Part shown: positions 1 to 12,400 of the stretch, one piece after another | How positions within the stretch are numbered: the first letter of the stretch is position 1 | How the letters are laid out: every line of letters begins with the position of its first letter | Assembly: GCA_937625935.1 (NCBI GenBank) | Contig: OW569346.1 | Location: forward strand, 620,001 to 684,000 | DNA length: 64,000 nt | DNA from: Tetramitus jugosus | Taxonomy: Eukaryota > Protista > Heterolobosea | Reading direction: 5' to 3' | Translations under genes and position numbers: made by a program | The notes under the pieces: model-generated | Database searches by the model: none | Seen by the model: only the letters and a program-made list of their open reading frames with translations | Told to the model about the DNA's origin: nothing

Positions 1-332
1 AACTTGTCAATGGACAGACGTGATGCAGCTGACTCATCTGATCCAACGCACGGTGTTTCACTTCCGTCCTCTTCCATGTACTTTATGGATGTATCGCTTG
101 AGGGCTGCGCGTCATTGGGACATGGTGGAAATGTCATGTATTCGTTTTCCAACCTATCAAATAATAAATCATGGGTTGAGAGGTTTGCTAGATCGTTCCT
201 TAGTCCCCGCAGGTTCCTATCCATTTCATCGCCTTCATCCTCTGAGGAATTATCAATTGGGAGTTCTCCGACGAGATCATTGTATCGCACAGACTTGGTC
301 GAAGGTGGGCGCTTGACACGATTTGGGTCCAT
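1..332 (-). CDS. Hypothetical protein, partial (runs off the left edge)
   Basis: Minus-strand frame is open from ATG at 332 (MDPNRVKRPPSTKSVRYND...) to the window edge. The plus-strand ORFs at 4..372 look like its antisense shadow. Confidence 0.55.
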   Translation of the reverse strand, partial: MDPNRVKRPPSTKSVRYNDLVGELPIDNSSEDEGDEMDRNLRGLRNDLANLSTHDLLFDRLENEYMTFPPCPNDAQPSSDTSIKYMEEDGSETPCVGSDESAASRLSIDK

Positions 333-755
333 CTTTGGAATAAGACAAATGATGGTGTGTTGTTGCGAATGACGATCCGATATTATCTTTCAGTGTGGTT
401 CTTTCGAAACGGTAGTCCAAGTTAGTGGTAGTCTAAAATCGATCGATGGTTGACGAGATCACGTGATCCTATAAAAGGGAATACTTTGGTATCATACTGG
501 CTCATATCTTCATGAAAATCGAACCGGTATTGCAACTACTGAAATCAAGGAATCACCAGACTCACCACTGGTTTCAAGAGTCATATCCTGCCATATGTTT
601 CTTTCGTTCATCGGTTCGAATTGCTCTCACATTGGTGTGTCAATACAAACACGAAAGCAAAACTTTTTTGTTTCATGACAAGTACTTTCATTTGGAATAA
701 TACGTTAGATTTGTAGATTTGTGCAATGACATCTATTGTTCTTTTGGATCCTGTT

Positions 756-2936
756 TTATCCAGCTTCCATGAGCTCTTCTTCTGTGATCTCAGATGCATA
801 TCCCAGTGCGATCTGTATTCTGAACCAGACATCCACCCAAAAGTACAATACTTGATAACGGAACAAATTCCATTCAAAGGAAACCTTTTCTTTCCATGAG
901 AGAACAGATAGGAACATTGATTTGACATTTTGTGATAGTGTTCTCTTGACTCCCTCTCGTTGTGTTGCATCGTCCGAATGTATTCCCTGTGCTGCCTTTC
1001 GAGCAAATATTGCAAAACGATTCACCGGAACTCCGAGCTCGTGATTAATACTTCTCAACAAGTTATTGCTTCTGAGGATCATGAGCATATCTTTTGGTAA
1101 TCGTCTCAATACATCCAACATTTGATCCATTTCATTCTTCATTCGCAGTGAGAATGCCTCCTTTTCAGACGCCTTGACACCATTGCTCATTCCAACGACT
1201 GCACCATCATAAGCCCTCATGAGAATCAATACAGAGAACAATTTCCAATCGACAATACCCAACTCACCACAATATCTCTGAATATTCGGTTCATCTCTGA
1301 GAACGAGTGCCTTGTACAACCGACTGTAGTTCTCTCTGAACTTTTCGTCCAGTTCCTTGTACAAACCATGATCCAAAATCACCAACTGCTCCTTGCCTCT
1401 TTCATCTTTTCGAATGAACAAGTTTCCGGCGTGTGGATCAGAGTGGAGATAGCCGTGAAGATAGATTTGATCAGACATGGCATCAAACAGCAAGTGTGCA
1501 GTCTTCTTGACCGAAATACCAGCAGCTTGCATTGCCTTGACATTGTTAATCTTGATGCCATGGATAAACTCCATGGTCAACACGCGATCTGAGCTCAACT
1601 CTGGTATAACCTCTGGTATGTGAACATCTTTTCGATGCCTGAAATGATAGGCTGCACGCCTACTGTTCTCAGCCTCCTGTTTAAAGTCCAATTCTGTTCT
1701 CAGATACTTGGCCATCTCTTCCTGAAGAAAGTCAAATTTGTGACCAGGGAAGAACTTGACCAATCCCCAGACAATGATTGCATGTGTCATCATATCAATC
1801 TCAAAGTACTCTCTTGTTTTTGGGTATTGGATCTTGACGGCCACCTCTCTTCCATTCTTGAGTCTTGCTCTGTGCACTTGAGCAATCGAAGCAGCAGCGA
1901 TTGGTACTTTTTCAAACTCTTGAAACAAGTAAGAGTCAGCATCATCATCATCATTATCATCTTCATGACGCTTCACTGGGTATTTACCAAACTCCTCCCA
2001 CAACACTCTCTCCACTTGTTCATAATTGACAAATGGTGCTTGATCTTGTAGGACAGACATGATGCGAATGTATTCATCATCCAACAAATGTTTCAAACTG
2101 GAAATGTACTGACCTACCTTGATATAGACACAACCATTGGTTTCAAACAATTTGAGAAATCGATTGGCATTCAACGCATGAACCATTCTCTGATATTCGA
2201 CATCTGTTTCCCATTGTTTCACAACACCACCAACACCAACATCACCTGATGAAAAGAAGGATGACAGGTATTTGATGTAATAGAACATGGATGGTGAGGA
2301 TGAAGAATCGGATGACATGTGATACTTGTAGCTGACACCTACTTGCATGCAAGTGAAAATGGTGCGAATCATTCGAATGAGACCCTGTATCATGTGCCTA
2401 TATTGTTTGATCAAATCTTGAAACTTGCTGTTTTGTTCCTCTGGTGAATTGTTGTTGTTATTGTTGTTGTTATGAGATGATGGCCATAGGGAGTCACTAC
2501 TGGCGAGAAGTCCAGTGAGAAAACTGAGACTGGCAGTGAGTGCTAGAATGATACGACGACGACGACGCTTCTTGCTGTGTTTGTTGTTGTTGTTGCTACC
2601 ATCTTGTTGTTTACTGTGATTTGTGTTGTGATGATCAGTGGTGGTAGTGGTGGTGGTGGTGGGAGTCATGTTGTTCGTTGGAGTAGGAATGGCGGTTGTG
2701 GTGGTTGCTGTTGTTAGTGATGGTGTAGAATGATATGACTTGAAGGAGAAGCTATGGTGTGGTTGTTGTTGTTGTTGTTGTCGGAATGAATGTGTGGTAG
2801 TTGATGTTGTTGTTGTGGCAGGACAACTTTTGAACACCAAGAGAGGTGATGTGACTTTGTGTGTCTTTAGCCATGTGTTGGTCGAATGTTGGTGATGAAA
2901 CGTGTGACGCCACAATGCTTCTCTCGTTTTTTGCAT
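756..2936 (-). CDS. ABC1/ADCK (UbiB) atypical kinase, ADCK1/ADCK5-like, probably mitochondrial
   Basis: Motifs YIKVGQ, AAASIAQVH, VAVKIQYP, HSDPHAGN and LDHGLY. Basic, low-complexity N-terminus followed by a hydrophobic segment. Confidence 0.92.
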   Translation of the reverse strand: MQKTREALWRHTFHHQHSTNTWLKTHKVTSPLLVFKSCPATTTTSTTTHSFRQQQQQQPHHSFSFKSYHSTPSLTTATTTTAIPTPTNNMTPTTTTTTTTDHHNTNHSKQQDGSNNNNKHSKKRRRRRIILALTASLSFLTGLLASSDSLWPSSHNNNNNNNNSPEEQNSKFQDLIKQYRHMIQGLIRMIRTIFTCMQVGVSYKYHMSSDSSSSPSMFYYIKYLSSFFSSGDVGVGGVVKQWETDVEYQRMVHALNANRFLKLFETNGCVYIKVGQYISSLKHLLDDEYIRIMSVLQDQAPFVNYEQVERVLWEEFGKYPVKRHEDDNDDDDADSYLFQEFEKVPIAAASIAQVHRARLKNGREVAVKIQYPKTREYFEIDMMTHAIIVWGLVKFFPGHKFDFLQEEMAKYLRTELDFKQEAENSRRAAYHFRHRKDVHIPEVIPELSSDRVLTMEFIHGIKINNVKAMQAAGISVKKTAHLLFDAMSDQIYLHGYLHSDPHAGNLFIRKDERGKEQLVILDHGLYKELDEKFRENYSRLYKALVLRDEPNIQRYCGELGIVDWKLFSVLILMRAYDGAVVGMSNGVKASEKEAFSLRMKNEMDQMLDVLRRLPKDMLMILRSNNLLRSINHELGVPVNRFAIFARKAAQGIHSDDATQREGVKRTLSQNVKSMFLSVLSWKEKVSFEWNLFRYQVLYFWVDVWFRIQIALGYASEITEEELMEAG

Positions 2937-3154
2937 TTTTGTTTGTTGTGTGTGGAATGTTTTTATTTGACCACCAAAAATGTCCGCGATACGTTTTCAC
3001 ACCCACGAATACAACCAGAATTGGAGTGAGAATCTGGTTCTTGTTACAGGTTGTAGTATGCCTCTCGCCTGTCGGTGTTGAATAAGGGTGAACACACAGA
3101 ATATGTACAAATCAAACAACAATAGTGTCAATATGTTGCACAGTAGGATGAATT

Positions 3155-5371
3155 TCAGAAATAATGCACCCCTAACCTTAGTTTTTTGGAGCTTTCTCCT
3201 GTTTGTGGCTTTCTCCAAGAGTTGCCGATCTTGGTAGGTAGCGTTGAGGACGTTTTATCCTCGCCATAGGAACGGCTAGGAGTCACCGCGAGTGATCCAA
3301 AAGAGTCTTCCTCATCGTGCAGGCTCGATTCAACTTGCATTTCATTCACTCGCATTCTCTTCTCTACATTTGTTATTGTTAGTATCAATGCTCTGTTGTT
3401 CATTCACTCGAATATATTAATTAGTATTCATACCTCTTTGTAAAATGCTTCTTCCTTCTTCAATGTCCTTCTCATCGACACGAGCAAACAGTGTGGCATC
3501 CAACCGGCTCCACACATTCAGTAGAGATAGGAGAGACACGATAACCATTACTATTGGGAAGAAATTGGTGAATCCACTGCCCAAAATCTCAAGGTAACCT
3601 ACTCGTCCAAATATTCCCTTTAATCCATCCAATCTCAACGGACCCATCACCTTGTAAAAGGCGACACCATCATCGACTCTTACACCGACTAACTGCAGGA
3701 AATTATAGCACAGTGTCGGAACTACTCTACACAAGAACACTGCAGTATACAGAAGACTCTTCACGTCTGAGTGATGAGGGATCAACGCATACCACGAGTA
3801 TAGTCTGACTCTAAACAGAGCAAACAGCGTGACAAATGCTATAATCACGACCCAAATAAGAGCTACAATTTGCAACAGAGGTCTAAATTGAGACATGCTT
3901 CGAAGCATCAGTGAGATCACAGATAAATCTATCTGTTTTTTCACAACAGAGAGAAATAGTGGTGTAAACTCACTGTACAAGATGATCAAAGAAATTGGGA
4001 CAAACAAAAGTGCAAATATTCTGAGCGCGATACCTCGAATATAAGCATAGTACAGCCACTCTGGAAAGTTCAAAAGATTTGCTAGCCAACCAACTCTGCT
4101 CTTTCGGACTGAGGAAACAATTCGTCTCTCGTTCTTTGATCGAACAGATTTGATCACATCTTCCAAAAAGAATGCTTTCGTTTGTAAATACTTCCATTGA
4201 TAGTTAATCCGGTGATAATCGCTGACAGCGTTGATGACTGTTTTGTGAAGTGCAACCAACTTTTTCTTGCTCATATCTTCAATTGACACCGTGTCTTTGG
4301 AGCGACTACTATCAATACTACCAATATTATTCTCCTCCATTTCCTTCTCCCAGTGTTTGACAATTCGATCGACATCACGTCTCATTCTATGATTTTCAGG
4401 CGTGTTCATATCAAGTTGTCTCACTTGACCCAACTTGCGCTTCATTTTGTCCTCTGCCTCAGACTCATCAAAATACAAACGAGCAGCCTTGCTCTCATAA
4501 TCAGCCAAATTTCCGTTCAGGTTGGCCTGACGCCACATGTAGCGAGGGAACTCAACAATTCCATAGCCCAACAACAGAATGAGCAACAAGAGACCATACG
4601 CATTACTCAAACTTTGTCCAACACCCAATATCATATTAAAATTCAACACAATCTGATCAGCGTTGGTAGCATTGTATCTCAGTATATAAATCACGAGTCC
4701 AACCAATGCTATACCTCCGACGACTGCCATAATTGCATACAGAACAATATTCTCAATAATCGATGCCAATAACTTCCTGTGCAGTTGAAATTCAGCAGAG
4801 AACGCAAACGATTGACTCACAGGGATCACGATCCAAGCCAACACCTGTATCGTCCAATACATGATCTGCCATAGAATAATCATGTACCTGTCAGGTTCAT
4901 TCTTTGCTCCATCGGGTAGTTTTCTCTTTGAATACAAGCCCTATATGGGGAAAATAATCGCACAAACGTTTGGAAAATCATGTGAATAACCAATGAATGA
5001 GAATGCTGTGTTAGAACTACTTTTACAAACAAGACACGTCAACAATAAACAATAAACAATAAACAGCAACAGCAACAAAACGCACATACAGCAGCTAGGT
5101 CAATCGTAATAAGTGCCAATGAAGAAAACAGAGTCAAATACGTGAGAAACATTGTGATATAGACTCCCCAGTGAAGCTTTGACTCCTTTGCAAAGTATCT
5201 CAGAACCGCAAAAACAATAAAAATAGTTGCTACAAAGTAGAGCACAATGGTAACAATGTCATAAATCATCATATTATTTTTGCTGCTGTTGCTGCTGTTC
5301 AGTGCATAGGATGTCATTGCACTCATCCAATCCCAGGTAGGTAGTGATGATGATGATGATGGTGATGACAT
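3155..5371 (-). CDS. LMBR1-family multi-pass membrane protein (LMBRD2-like), 3 exons
   Basis: Predicted exons 5090-5371, 3434-4940 and 3155-3363, joined in frame by GT-AG introns. Motifs WQIMYW...WIVIP, SNAYGL...LGYGIVEFPR and LCRVVPTLCYNFL. Confidence 0.85.
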
Positions 5372-5592
5372 GATGGAAGAATTGTGCAGTCTGGCAAAAT
5401 GTCGGATTCACGTACGGGATGAATGAGAAGATGATTTGTGTTTGTTGTTGATTGTTTCTTTTGTTTGTTCCGAGTCTTTTTTTGAGAACACATGGAACAA
5501 GAAAACTTTTTATGTTTTTTCTAAGTGAGGAAGGAGATCCTGTAGTTGCCCTTGCTGTTGAGGACGTTCTCTTTGTTTCCCGAAGTATATGA

Positions 5593-7059
5593 TCAATCCG
5601 GTTGTGATTCTCTTGCTTTGTACAGTTCATGCTTGTGTACTTGGAGGGAGAATTCCCACAGATCTCCGTACCTCTTTGTCTGACCAGCTCCCCCATAAAT
5701 GTAAGTTTTGGTCAACTTTTGGAGTAGAAGTTCTGCTGGAAGTAATTCATTATCATCCCTTTCTGTATCCTGCAAGTCGTGTTTGTTGTCCCTGTCTCTC
5801 CCTTTGGGAGACAACATCCTCCTTGAATGAACGAGCTCACTCAACCTCTCTCGATCACCTTCTTGGTGACTCTTGCTTGAAACATGACTGTAGTGATCAG
5901 AACATAGCATGTGCTTCCATCTATTTGATGGGATCGTGTGTAAGTTTGTCCAGTTTTTCGATATCTCGGTCCATGCGTTTCTCTGCAGGTCAAGCATCCA
6001 TATGGCAGAGTTGAGCATGTTTTCTCGCCGTCCACCATAAATAATTACAAAACGACCCCAGACCGAGCTCTGATGACCGTAAAGGGATCTTTTCGAATTA
6101 CTCTTTGAATCGAATGGAGATGGACCTGTCGTCTTAATTTCGGTCCAACTCATCACCTTTGTATCGAAACTCCAAACATCCGCAGTAGAAGTATCATCTT
6201 TGCCTATTCCTCCCACTATGATCATGGATTCCTCCACCATGCACGCAGAGTGTAACATTCGAGGTTTGGGAGAAGGAAAAACAGTGCGTAGGCTCATCCA
6301 TCTATTTTCTAATTTGGAGTAAATAGTTACATCTCCCAAGATCTGGTAGTCCTCACCCTCTCCTCCATAGATAATTAATTGGTCGCTTGAGGTAACTGCA
6401 GAACAATACCAGCGACTCGAAGGAGCGGAACCAAATGGGCTCAACATTTTCCACTGAGGAATGGGATCGGGTCTGAAGACCCATAGATCATTGTAGTACA
6501 CCACTTCTTCTACATTGTGTCCTCCAAACATGAACATTTCGTTTCCATTCATTGTGACAGCAATGTGGCCACAACGCTTTGGAGGAAGGACACACCTGGT
6601 TGCAGAGTTGTAACCTGTACCTGAGAAAGAAGGAGGGGACTGGGACCCGTAATTTCTCAACCCATCGAATTCGACTTTCTTCCAGTGTTGTATTCCCAGC
6701 TCGTAAATCCAAGTCTCATTCGTTGTCCCGCTGTCTGTAACTCCACCGAATAAACACAATCTTCTCTTTCCAGGAAAACAGACCAAGGAACCTGAGGCCA
6801 CTGCAGGAGGATAGGTTCTGCTGTTCTGCTTGTTGTTACCATTTTCGGCAATAGGCCTTTGAAATGATGTTGATGGGGAATTGAACGATCTGCGTTGGTT
6901 CGAGAGATGAGAAGTGTGATTCAGCAACGGACGAGCTTGGAAGGATGAAGACTCGTGCAAACACTTCCATTCGAGCTCACATTCAGAAAAGTCACTCTCA
7001 AGTTCATCTAGAGCAATATCTGCCCAAGCATGATTGCGAGATGGTGTTGTGTTGTTCAT
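5593..7059 (-). CDS. Kelch-repeat beta-propeller protein
   Basis: Repeated (F/Y)GG...W units: LFGG, MFGG, IYGG, IVGG, IYGG, IYGG, with PxxRxxH motifs. Confidence 0.88.
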   Translation of the reverse strand: MNNTTPSRNHAWADIALDELESDFSECELEWKCLHESSSFQARPLLNHTSHLSNQRRSFNSPSTSFQRPIAENGNNKQNSRTYPPAVASGSLVCFPGKRRLCLFGGVTDSGTTNETWIYELGIQHWKKVEFDGLRNYGSQSPPSFSGTGYNSATRCVLPPKRCGHIAVTMNGNEMFMFGGHNVEEVVYYNDLWVFRPDPIPQWKMLSPFGSAPSSRWYCSAVTSSDQLIIYGGEGEDYQILGDVTIYSKLENRWMSLRTVFPSPKPRMLHSACMVEESMIIVGGIGKDDTSTADVWSFDTKVMSWTEIKTTGPSPFDSKSNSKRSLYGHQSSVWGRFVIIYGGRRENMLNSAIWMLDLQRNAWTEISKNWTNLHTIPSNRWKHMLCSDHYSHVSSKSHQEGDRERLSELVHSRRMLSPKGRDRDNKHDLQDTERDDNELLPAELLLQKLTKTYIYGGAGQTKRYGDLWEFSLQVHKHELYKARESQPD

Positions 7060-7107
7060 CGATGAAAAGGTGTGTGCTGTAAAGTTTTTTATTCGATTTC
7101 AAGAAGC

Positions 7108-9135
7108 TTATTCGTCGTCGCTCTCTTCTTGTTCTTCGTCGTGGTCGTCCTCTTCGTCGTCGTCCATTGCCTCTCCATTCTCTGCGCCTTCTTCATCGTC
7201 CTCATAGTCATCTTCATAGTCGTCCTCATTCACGTCATCACCATCCTTACCCAACAGCTCCTTCTCCCGATGTTGAAGTGCTTTTTCGAGTTCAATGTCA
7301 TCATCGCTCATCTCATCTGGATCCTGATCTGCAGTGTCGAAGATGCCTCTGCTGTCCTGATAGGCGGAACCGTCCTTCTTATCTTCTTCTTCCTGTTGTT
7401 GCTCCTCATCAATCACATCGAATTCGTCTTCATCTTCGTCAATCTTTCCCTTGTGATATCGTTCTATGAACTGATTCATGTCATCTTCTTCGTCACTCTC
7501 GTAAACAGTGTCTTGCTTGACCTTCTTTGAGCTGGTTCGTTCAGCGTCATTCACTGCAGCCACACCGCTCAACTCGAGAACTAAATCCAATCTTCCACTC
7601 AAGTCTAGCAAGGAGTTCAATGAGTCAATCTTTGCATCCAAGATATTGTAAAGAGGGCTGGCAATCTCGAGTATATCCCTTCTTCCCATGAAGAATGTTG
7701 CCTTGACAGTAAATATGGTTTGAATCCACTTAAGCAGTGTAGCACAGCTCTTGGCACTGTAGGCACGTGATGCATACATTCGGATGGTATTATCGAGGAA
7801 TGCAATACATAAATAATTAGGAATTTGCTTCACAGTCTTTGTAATAAGGTCTTGATTGTCCACTTCAACAATCTTTTCGAGATTGGCAACATTTCCTCTC
7901 TCCAATGCTCGTATTAACGCACCACTGATTTGAATTTGAGGCACAGCTCCATTGATATCAATTGTTTCTTGAGTTTCGTTTTCTGATTGATCAGCGACTT
8001 GATCAGCCTTCGTGTCATCCTCAATGTTCAACAAACGGTATTTTGCACCTGGTAGAGCTTGATTAGAGCGACCCAGAATAGCAGTTTGACCCTTCTTGGC
8101 ACCACTTGTTGCGGACCCGTTGATTCCGTTGCTGATTGCGGACACAACAGGCTCAAAAGTGAATTTTGAGGCCAGTGTGTTGGCTTGATCCTGATAAGAC
8201 AATTCATAAATGACTTGATTCTTGACACCGCGGATACGAGAGCCAAAAATGCCCACAGACTCCAAATCAAAGTCAATGTTGGCGGATGAGACCTCAGTAG
8301 CAGATTTGACACCATTTGAAAGATCAAATCGAACAAAGAAACATTTTTGAGACACCATATTCACAATAATATCCAAAAAGTTTCTATTGAGTTGACAACC
8401 AATCGATTGTGCTTGAGAGCTCAATGATATCGCTAAAAATGGAAACAAAAACAAGAGTGTGTCAATGTACATGATGCATATTTGGATGATAATGACATCG
8501 TATTTGAAACAAGGAAATAAGCAACAACAATTTTGAGATGACATACATTTTGTGTGACCATTCAAATCACCAATGTTCAATGTCCGTCCAGCAGTAACGA
8601 CAATACCACTGTCTCCCCACACCAACTTCTCTCCTGGAATGTTGACTTGAGCCTTCTCTTCCAAACGACCGGAAAGAATCATGACATGAGAAACTTCAGC
8701 CACATAGACTTCATCACTGTTTGTGCTCTCATAGAATCCATTGCAGACATACTTTTCGGACATTAATTTGTAATTGGTCATGCTGTATATTTTGTTCTTT
8801 GTGGTTGCAAAGTTTTTGGTAATGTGTGTAATTGGTTCCTCTGTCAGTTTCTTCGTCTGTTGTAAAAGTCCATCTTCTGAAAATTTGAAAACTTCTCCAT
8901 TGTTCAAACCGACGAGCAAGTGCAACAATCCCTTTGTAATTTTTGTTTGTGACTTGTTGTGGGTAATTTGTTGAACAAATCTCATTGTACTTATACTGGT
9001 GTTCACTTTGTATGGGATACGAACATCGCTCAATTTGACTCCTGTGGAGCCTTGTATAATTTTAACCTCATTTTTCCTTTCGCTACTGATGAGAGCAATG
9101 AGGGAACCATCTTGAGTGAAGCAATACTTTGACAT
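7108..9135 (-). CDS. Utp12-domain nucleolar protein (WDR43/UTP5-like) with acidic tail
   Basis: C-terminal LLKWIQTIF...LLDLSGRLDLVL Utp12-type segment followed by a D/E-rich tail. Likely start MSKYCF at 9135. Predicted intron 8433-8546. Confidence 0.7.
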   Translation of the reverse strand: MSKYCFTQDGSLIALISSERKNEVKIIQGSTGVKLSDVRIPYKVNTSISTMRFVQQITHNKSQTKITKGLLHLLVGLNNGEVFKFSEDGLLQQTKKLTEEPITHITKNFATTKNKIYSMTNYKLMSEKYVCNGFYESTNSDEVYVAEVSHVMILSGRLEEKAQVNIPGEKLVWGDSGIVVTAGRTLNIGDLNGHTKCMSSQNCCCLFPCFKYDVIIIQICIMYIDTLLFLFPFLAISLSSQAQSIGCQLNRNFLDIIVNMVSQKCFFVRFDLSNGVKSATEVSSANIDFDLESVGIFGSRIRGVKNQVIYELSYQDQANTLASKFTFEPVVSAISNGINGSATSGAKKGQTAILGRSNQALPGAKYRLLNIEDDTKADQVADQSENETQETIDINGAVPQIQISGALIRALERGNVANLEKIVEVDNQDLITKTVKQIPNYLCIAFLDNTIRMYASRAYSAKSCATLLKWIQTIFTVKATFFMGRRDILEIASPLYNILDAKIDSLNSLLDLSGRLDLVLELSGVAAVNDAERTSSKKVKQDTVYESDEEDDMNQFIERYHKGKIDEDEDEFDVIDEEQQQEEEDKKDGSAYQDSRGIFDTADQDPDEMSDDDIELEKALQHREKELLGKDGDDVNEDDYEDDYEDDEEGAENGEAMDDDEEDDHDEEQEESDDE

Positions 9136-9438
9136 GACAGGAAAAAAGTTCGTGTGTTGTTTGTGCTGTTGTTGCTGCTGCGTTGTGCGACCTGTTTGTT
9201 TTGTGTGAAAATCGAGTTTTTCTTTTTCGGAGACACGGACGTACGTCAACAAATTCGTTGAGCCTTCAATGGAGCCAGGCGGCGGAATATTCTGTGATGA
9301 GAACTTGACTGGTGGTCTGCTTCAAGTTCAAAATAGCTTGGGAAGTTGTTCAGTTCTCTGAGAGAGACACTTTATCCTGCAAAAACACAAAAGCACCAAC
9401 ATCGATTGTTGTTCATTTGTATCAAAACTCACACACAG

Positions 9439-12400
9439 ATGGAAACTATTGATCTAAACAACTTTTTTTCTCCAGTTGTTGGCATCAGGTTGAAGAATGC
9501 TCATCATTCTCACGCTGAGCTTCAGAGCATGAGAAATGAGCTCTTGGAACAAGTCAGACAACAAGTGGAGAACAATGAAATTGTGGAGGAGGAGGAAATG
9601 AGTGTAGAACCCACTGCTCCCACAGAACCTCCACCAAAAGAAAGCAACAAGTCAGACCAACAAGATAATGAAGATGACGAAGATGATGACATGTTTGGTA
9701 TTAATTTTTTTATTGATGTACGTGTATCAATGTAGTATTATTGCTTTATTTGATTTTGGGGAACAACCGTTATGCACAATGAAGATTGTTGTTTTGTTTG
9801 ATGATATCCTTTGGAAGCTAAACGTCAATTTCATTACGATTGTTCGATATTTTTATGTGTGTGTTCAATAATAGGACGACGAGGATATTGTGCCAAGGAG
9901 CGCACGATCAAAGAAGCAATCAATCAATGAAGTTACTACAGTGAGACAGGTATGTTGTTCGTTGATCTGTATCTTATTTCTTAAGCTTTGTATCATTAAA
10001 GTCAGAAGATTGAACTCACCATCTCTCTCTTGTTCATGGAAACACGCACAGTTCCTACTGTTCTTGCTGTCATGTTTGAGAACAAAGAACAGTGATGACT
10101 CTGTACCAACTATTTGGTCGTTGCAAGACAATGAACTCATTTTGCAACATTTATGTAAATATTTGAGCCATGCACCTCTATTCTCTGAAGAACAACACAT
10201 GTTTACTCTTCAGCTGCTCTCTGCCCTTGTCTCAAAGTTCTATTCTCAATCAATGATGGATAACGGTACGTTTTAATATTGTATATTGTGTTCCTTTTTT
10301 GCTTACTTTTTGTTCTTACATCATATTTGTTGTGACATATGCTTCATTCTGTGTTGATAGTTATTATCTGTGAAGATTCTGCTGGATTCAATCATGTAAA
10401 GTACTCGATAGTTGTTATTTTGAGATATTGCTTGGCCAGGTTGCAAGCGACTGTTGTATCGACTCAGATTGCACAACAAGTACTATCTCTCCTATGTTTA
10501 ATTCATTCCGGTAGGGAAGATATAATCCAACTACCACCATCAGTGCCCAAATTTGGAATGGCTTTGAACTGTACCGTCAAAACAGAGGAGCCTTCTTCGT
10601 CTCAAAACTTGATTGATGAATTACTCTTGACGAGTTCTGTACATCAAGGTCCGTCGTTTTCGGCGGATTTTGAGAGTACATCCGATATATTTGTGAGTGT
10701 GATTAGGGGGTATATGAATTCTCTCTTTGCTTCGACTCAAGTGACGCAATATATTCTGAATTTATTGAATAATTCTCAATCAAACGATGATGTAGTATCC
10801 ACCTTGCGTAGTGGACTTCGTTATCTATCTTTACCTGCCGTATCAGTCCCGCAAGCAGAGTACATACCTATCGTCTGCAAGCGATCTGTTGATTTTTATG
10901 TTGCTACTCTAAAGGAATCCAGCACGGACGCACTTAGAAATGAAGTGGTATGTACTAGTGCTAGATTTATGTGTCTTGAAAGTGATATACTGATAGTTGA
11001 TTATTTTATCAGGTGTTTGGATATTTAATAGCATTGATCCACAAGGTAAACGACAAAAATCAAGTGTTACAACAATTAAGCTACTTGGTGAGAAATCTAT
11101 TGTGTTTGGAGAGCAGTGCTCTATGTGCTCGTGTGCACTTCGAAGATGTAGTGTTAAGTGTTAAAACGGCAATGTGTATTTTAACCGATTCGCTCCAATT
11201 GTCTCACACGAAAGCGCCCACATATCGAGTTGATGAACTCAGATCTGACCTATTGGACGTATTTTACCCATGTCACGCATGCAAAGAAATTTCAAATCTC
11301 CGTTCGAATGATGTGATAGATATGTCGAAATATGAAACCATCCGAGAGATCATGCTGATCCAAGAGGGCAAGGGCGTGCTTGTTAGTATAATGAGATTAT
11401 GTAAGCATTTCGTTGAAGAACGTCCTTTGAGAGAATTGTACTTTATTGTGCATTATTTGGACATGATTATCTTTGGAGTCACATCGAATGATGAAATGAT
11501 GAAGAAAAATATGACATCGTTTATTATCAACCATTTTGCCGAATTAAGTGAACTATTAGACATAATAGATGCCAAGAGTGACAACTTTCGACAGGGTTTC
11601 AAGAAGAGAATTAGTGAGATACAAACTGTATTCTCTGCATCATTGGAGTTGTGTGATAGTGTTTATACTTCGCTGATAGACACGGGTAGTGAGACTCCTA
11701 TATTCAAACAACACGTGAATCATTTTGTGTTTTGTTTGCTTGTGAGAACAATCCTGAAAAATTTACACCAACGGGCTGAGACTGATAATGGATCACACTG
11801 GACTATTCAACGACTATGGAGTATTTATCATCAAACCATTTTATCAGGCATCCCTGTACAGACTAATACTGTCCTGATTCTATTATTCTTCTCGTATCGG
11901 ACAACATTGCTAGATCGACAAAATCTTCTCTCCAAATTCATTGAACTTGCTGTAGATAATCATGAAATTAACATTTCTTCTACTGCACAGTTGATATCTC
12001 TCTGTCACTACATGATTTGTCATATGGATGGACCGACGAGTGAGATGGCCTCCTTTATTCAAGACAACTTCTTTCTGAATCAAAGACGAGAGTGGTGTAT
12101 TTCAGGAGATAACGCTACACCAGTGACTTTCACCAGTTGTAGGACTGCATCACCACACGCGAACACTATTATCCAGACACATGGCGAGAAATTGTTAGAT
12201 TGCCTCTCGTCCTTGATATGTAAGCACAGTATTGACAAAGAGAACGATCAATTAATTGTTGCTGTCAACCTTTACCAAGTGCTCTTGAATTTACCAGGCA
12301 TTAGTTGCAGCAACGAAGTGACTGGTCTAACATCATGCATTCGGATAGCATTACACATTTTTTCTCGTGAGGAAATGGATGTAAACTTACTCTTCACATT

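Noticed and set aside
2440-2820. Dense GTT/GTG triplet repeats (similar ones at 29560-30310, 26610-26810 and 35370-35400)
   Set aside because: These are coding microsatellites for poly-N/T/Q/H tracts. There is no repeat-spacer structure, so they are not CRISPR or satellite arrays.
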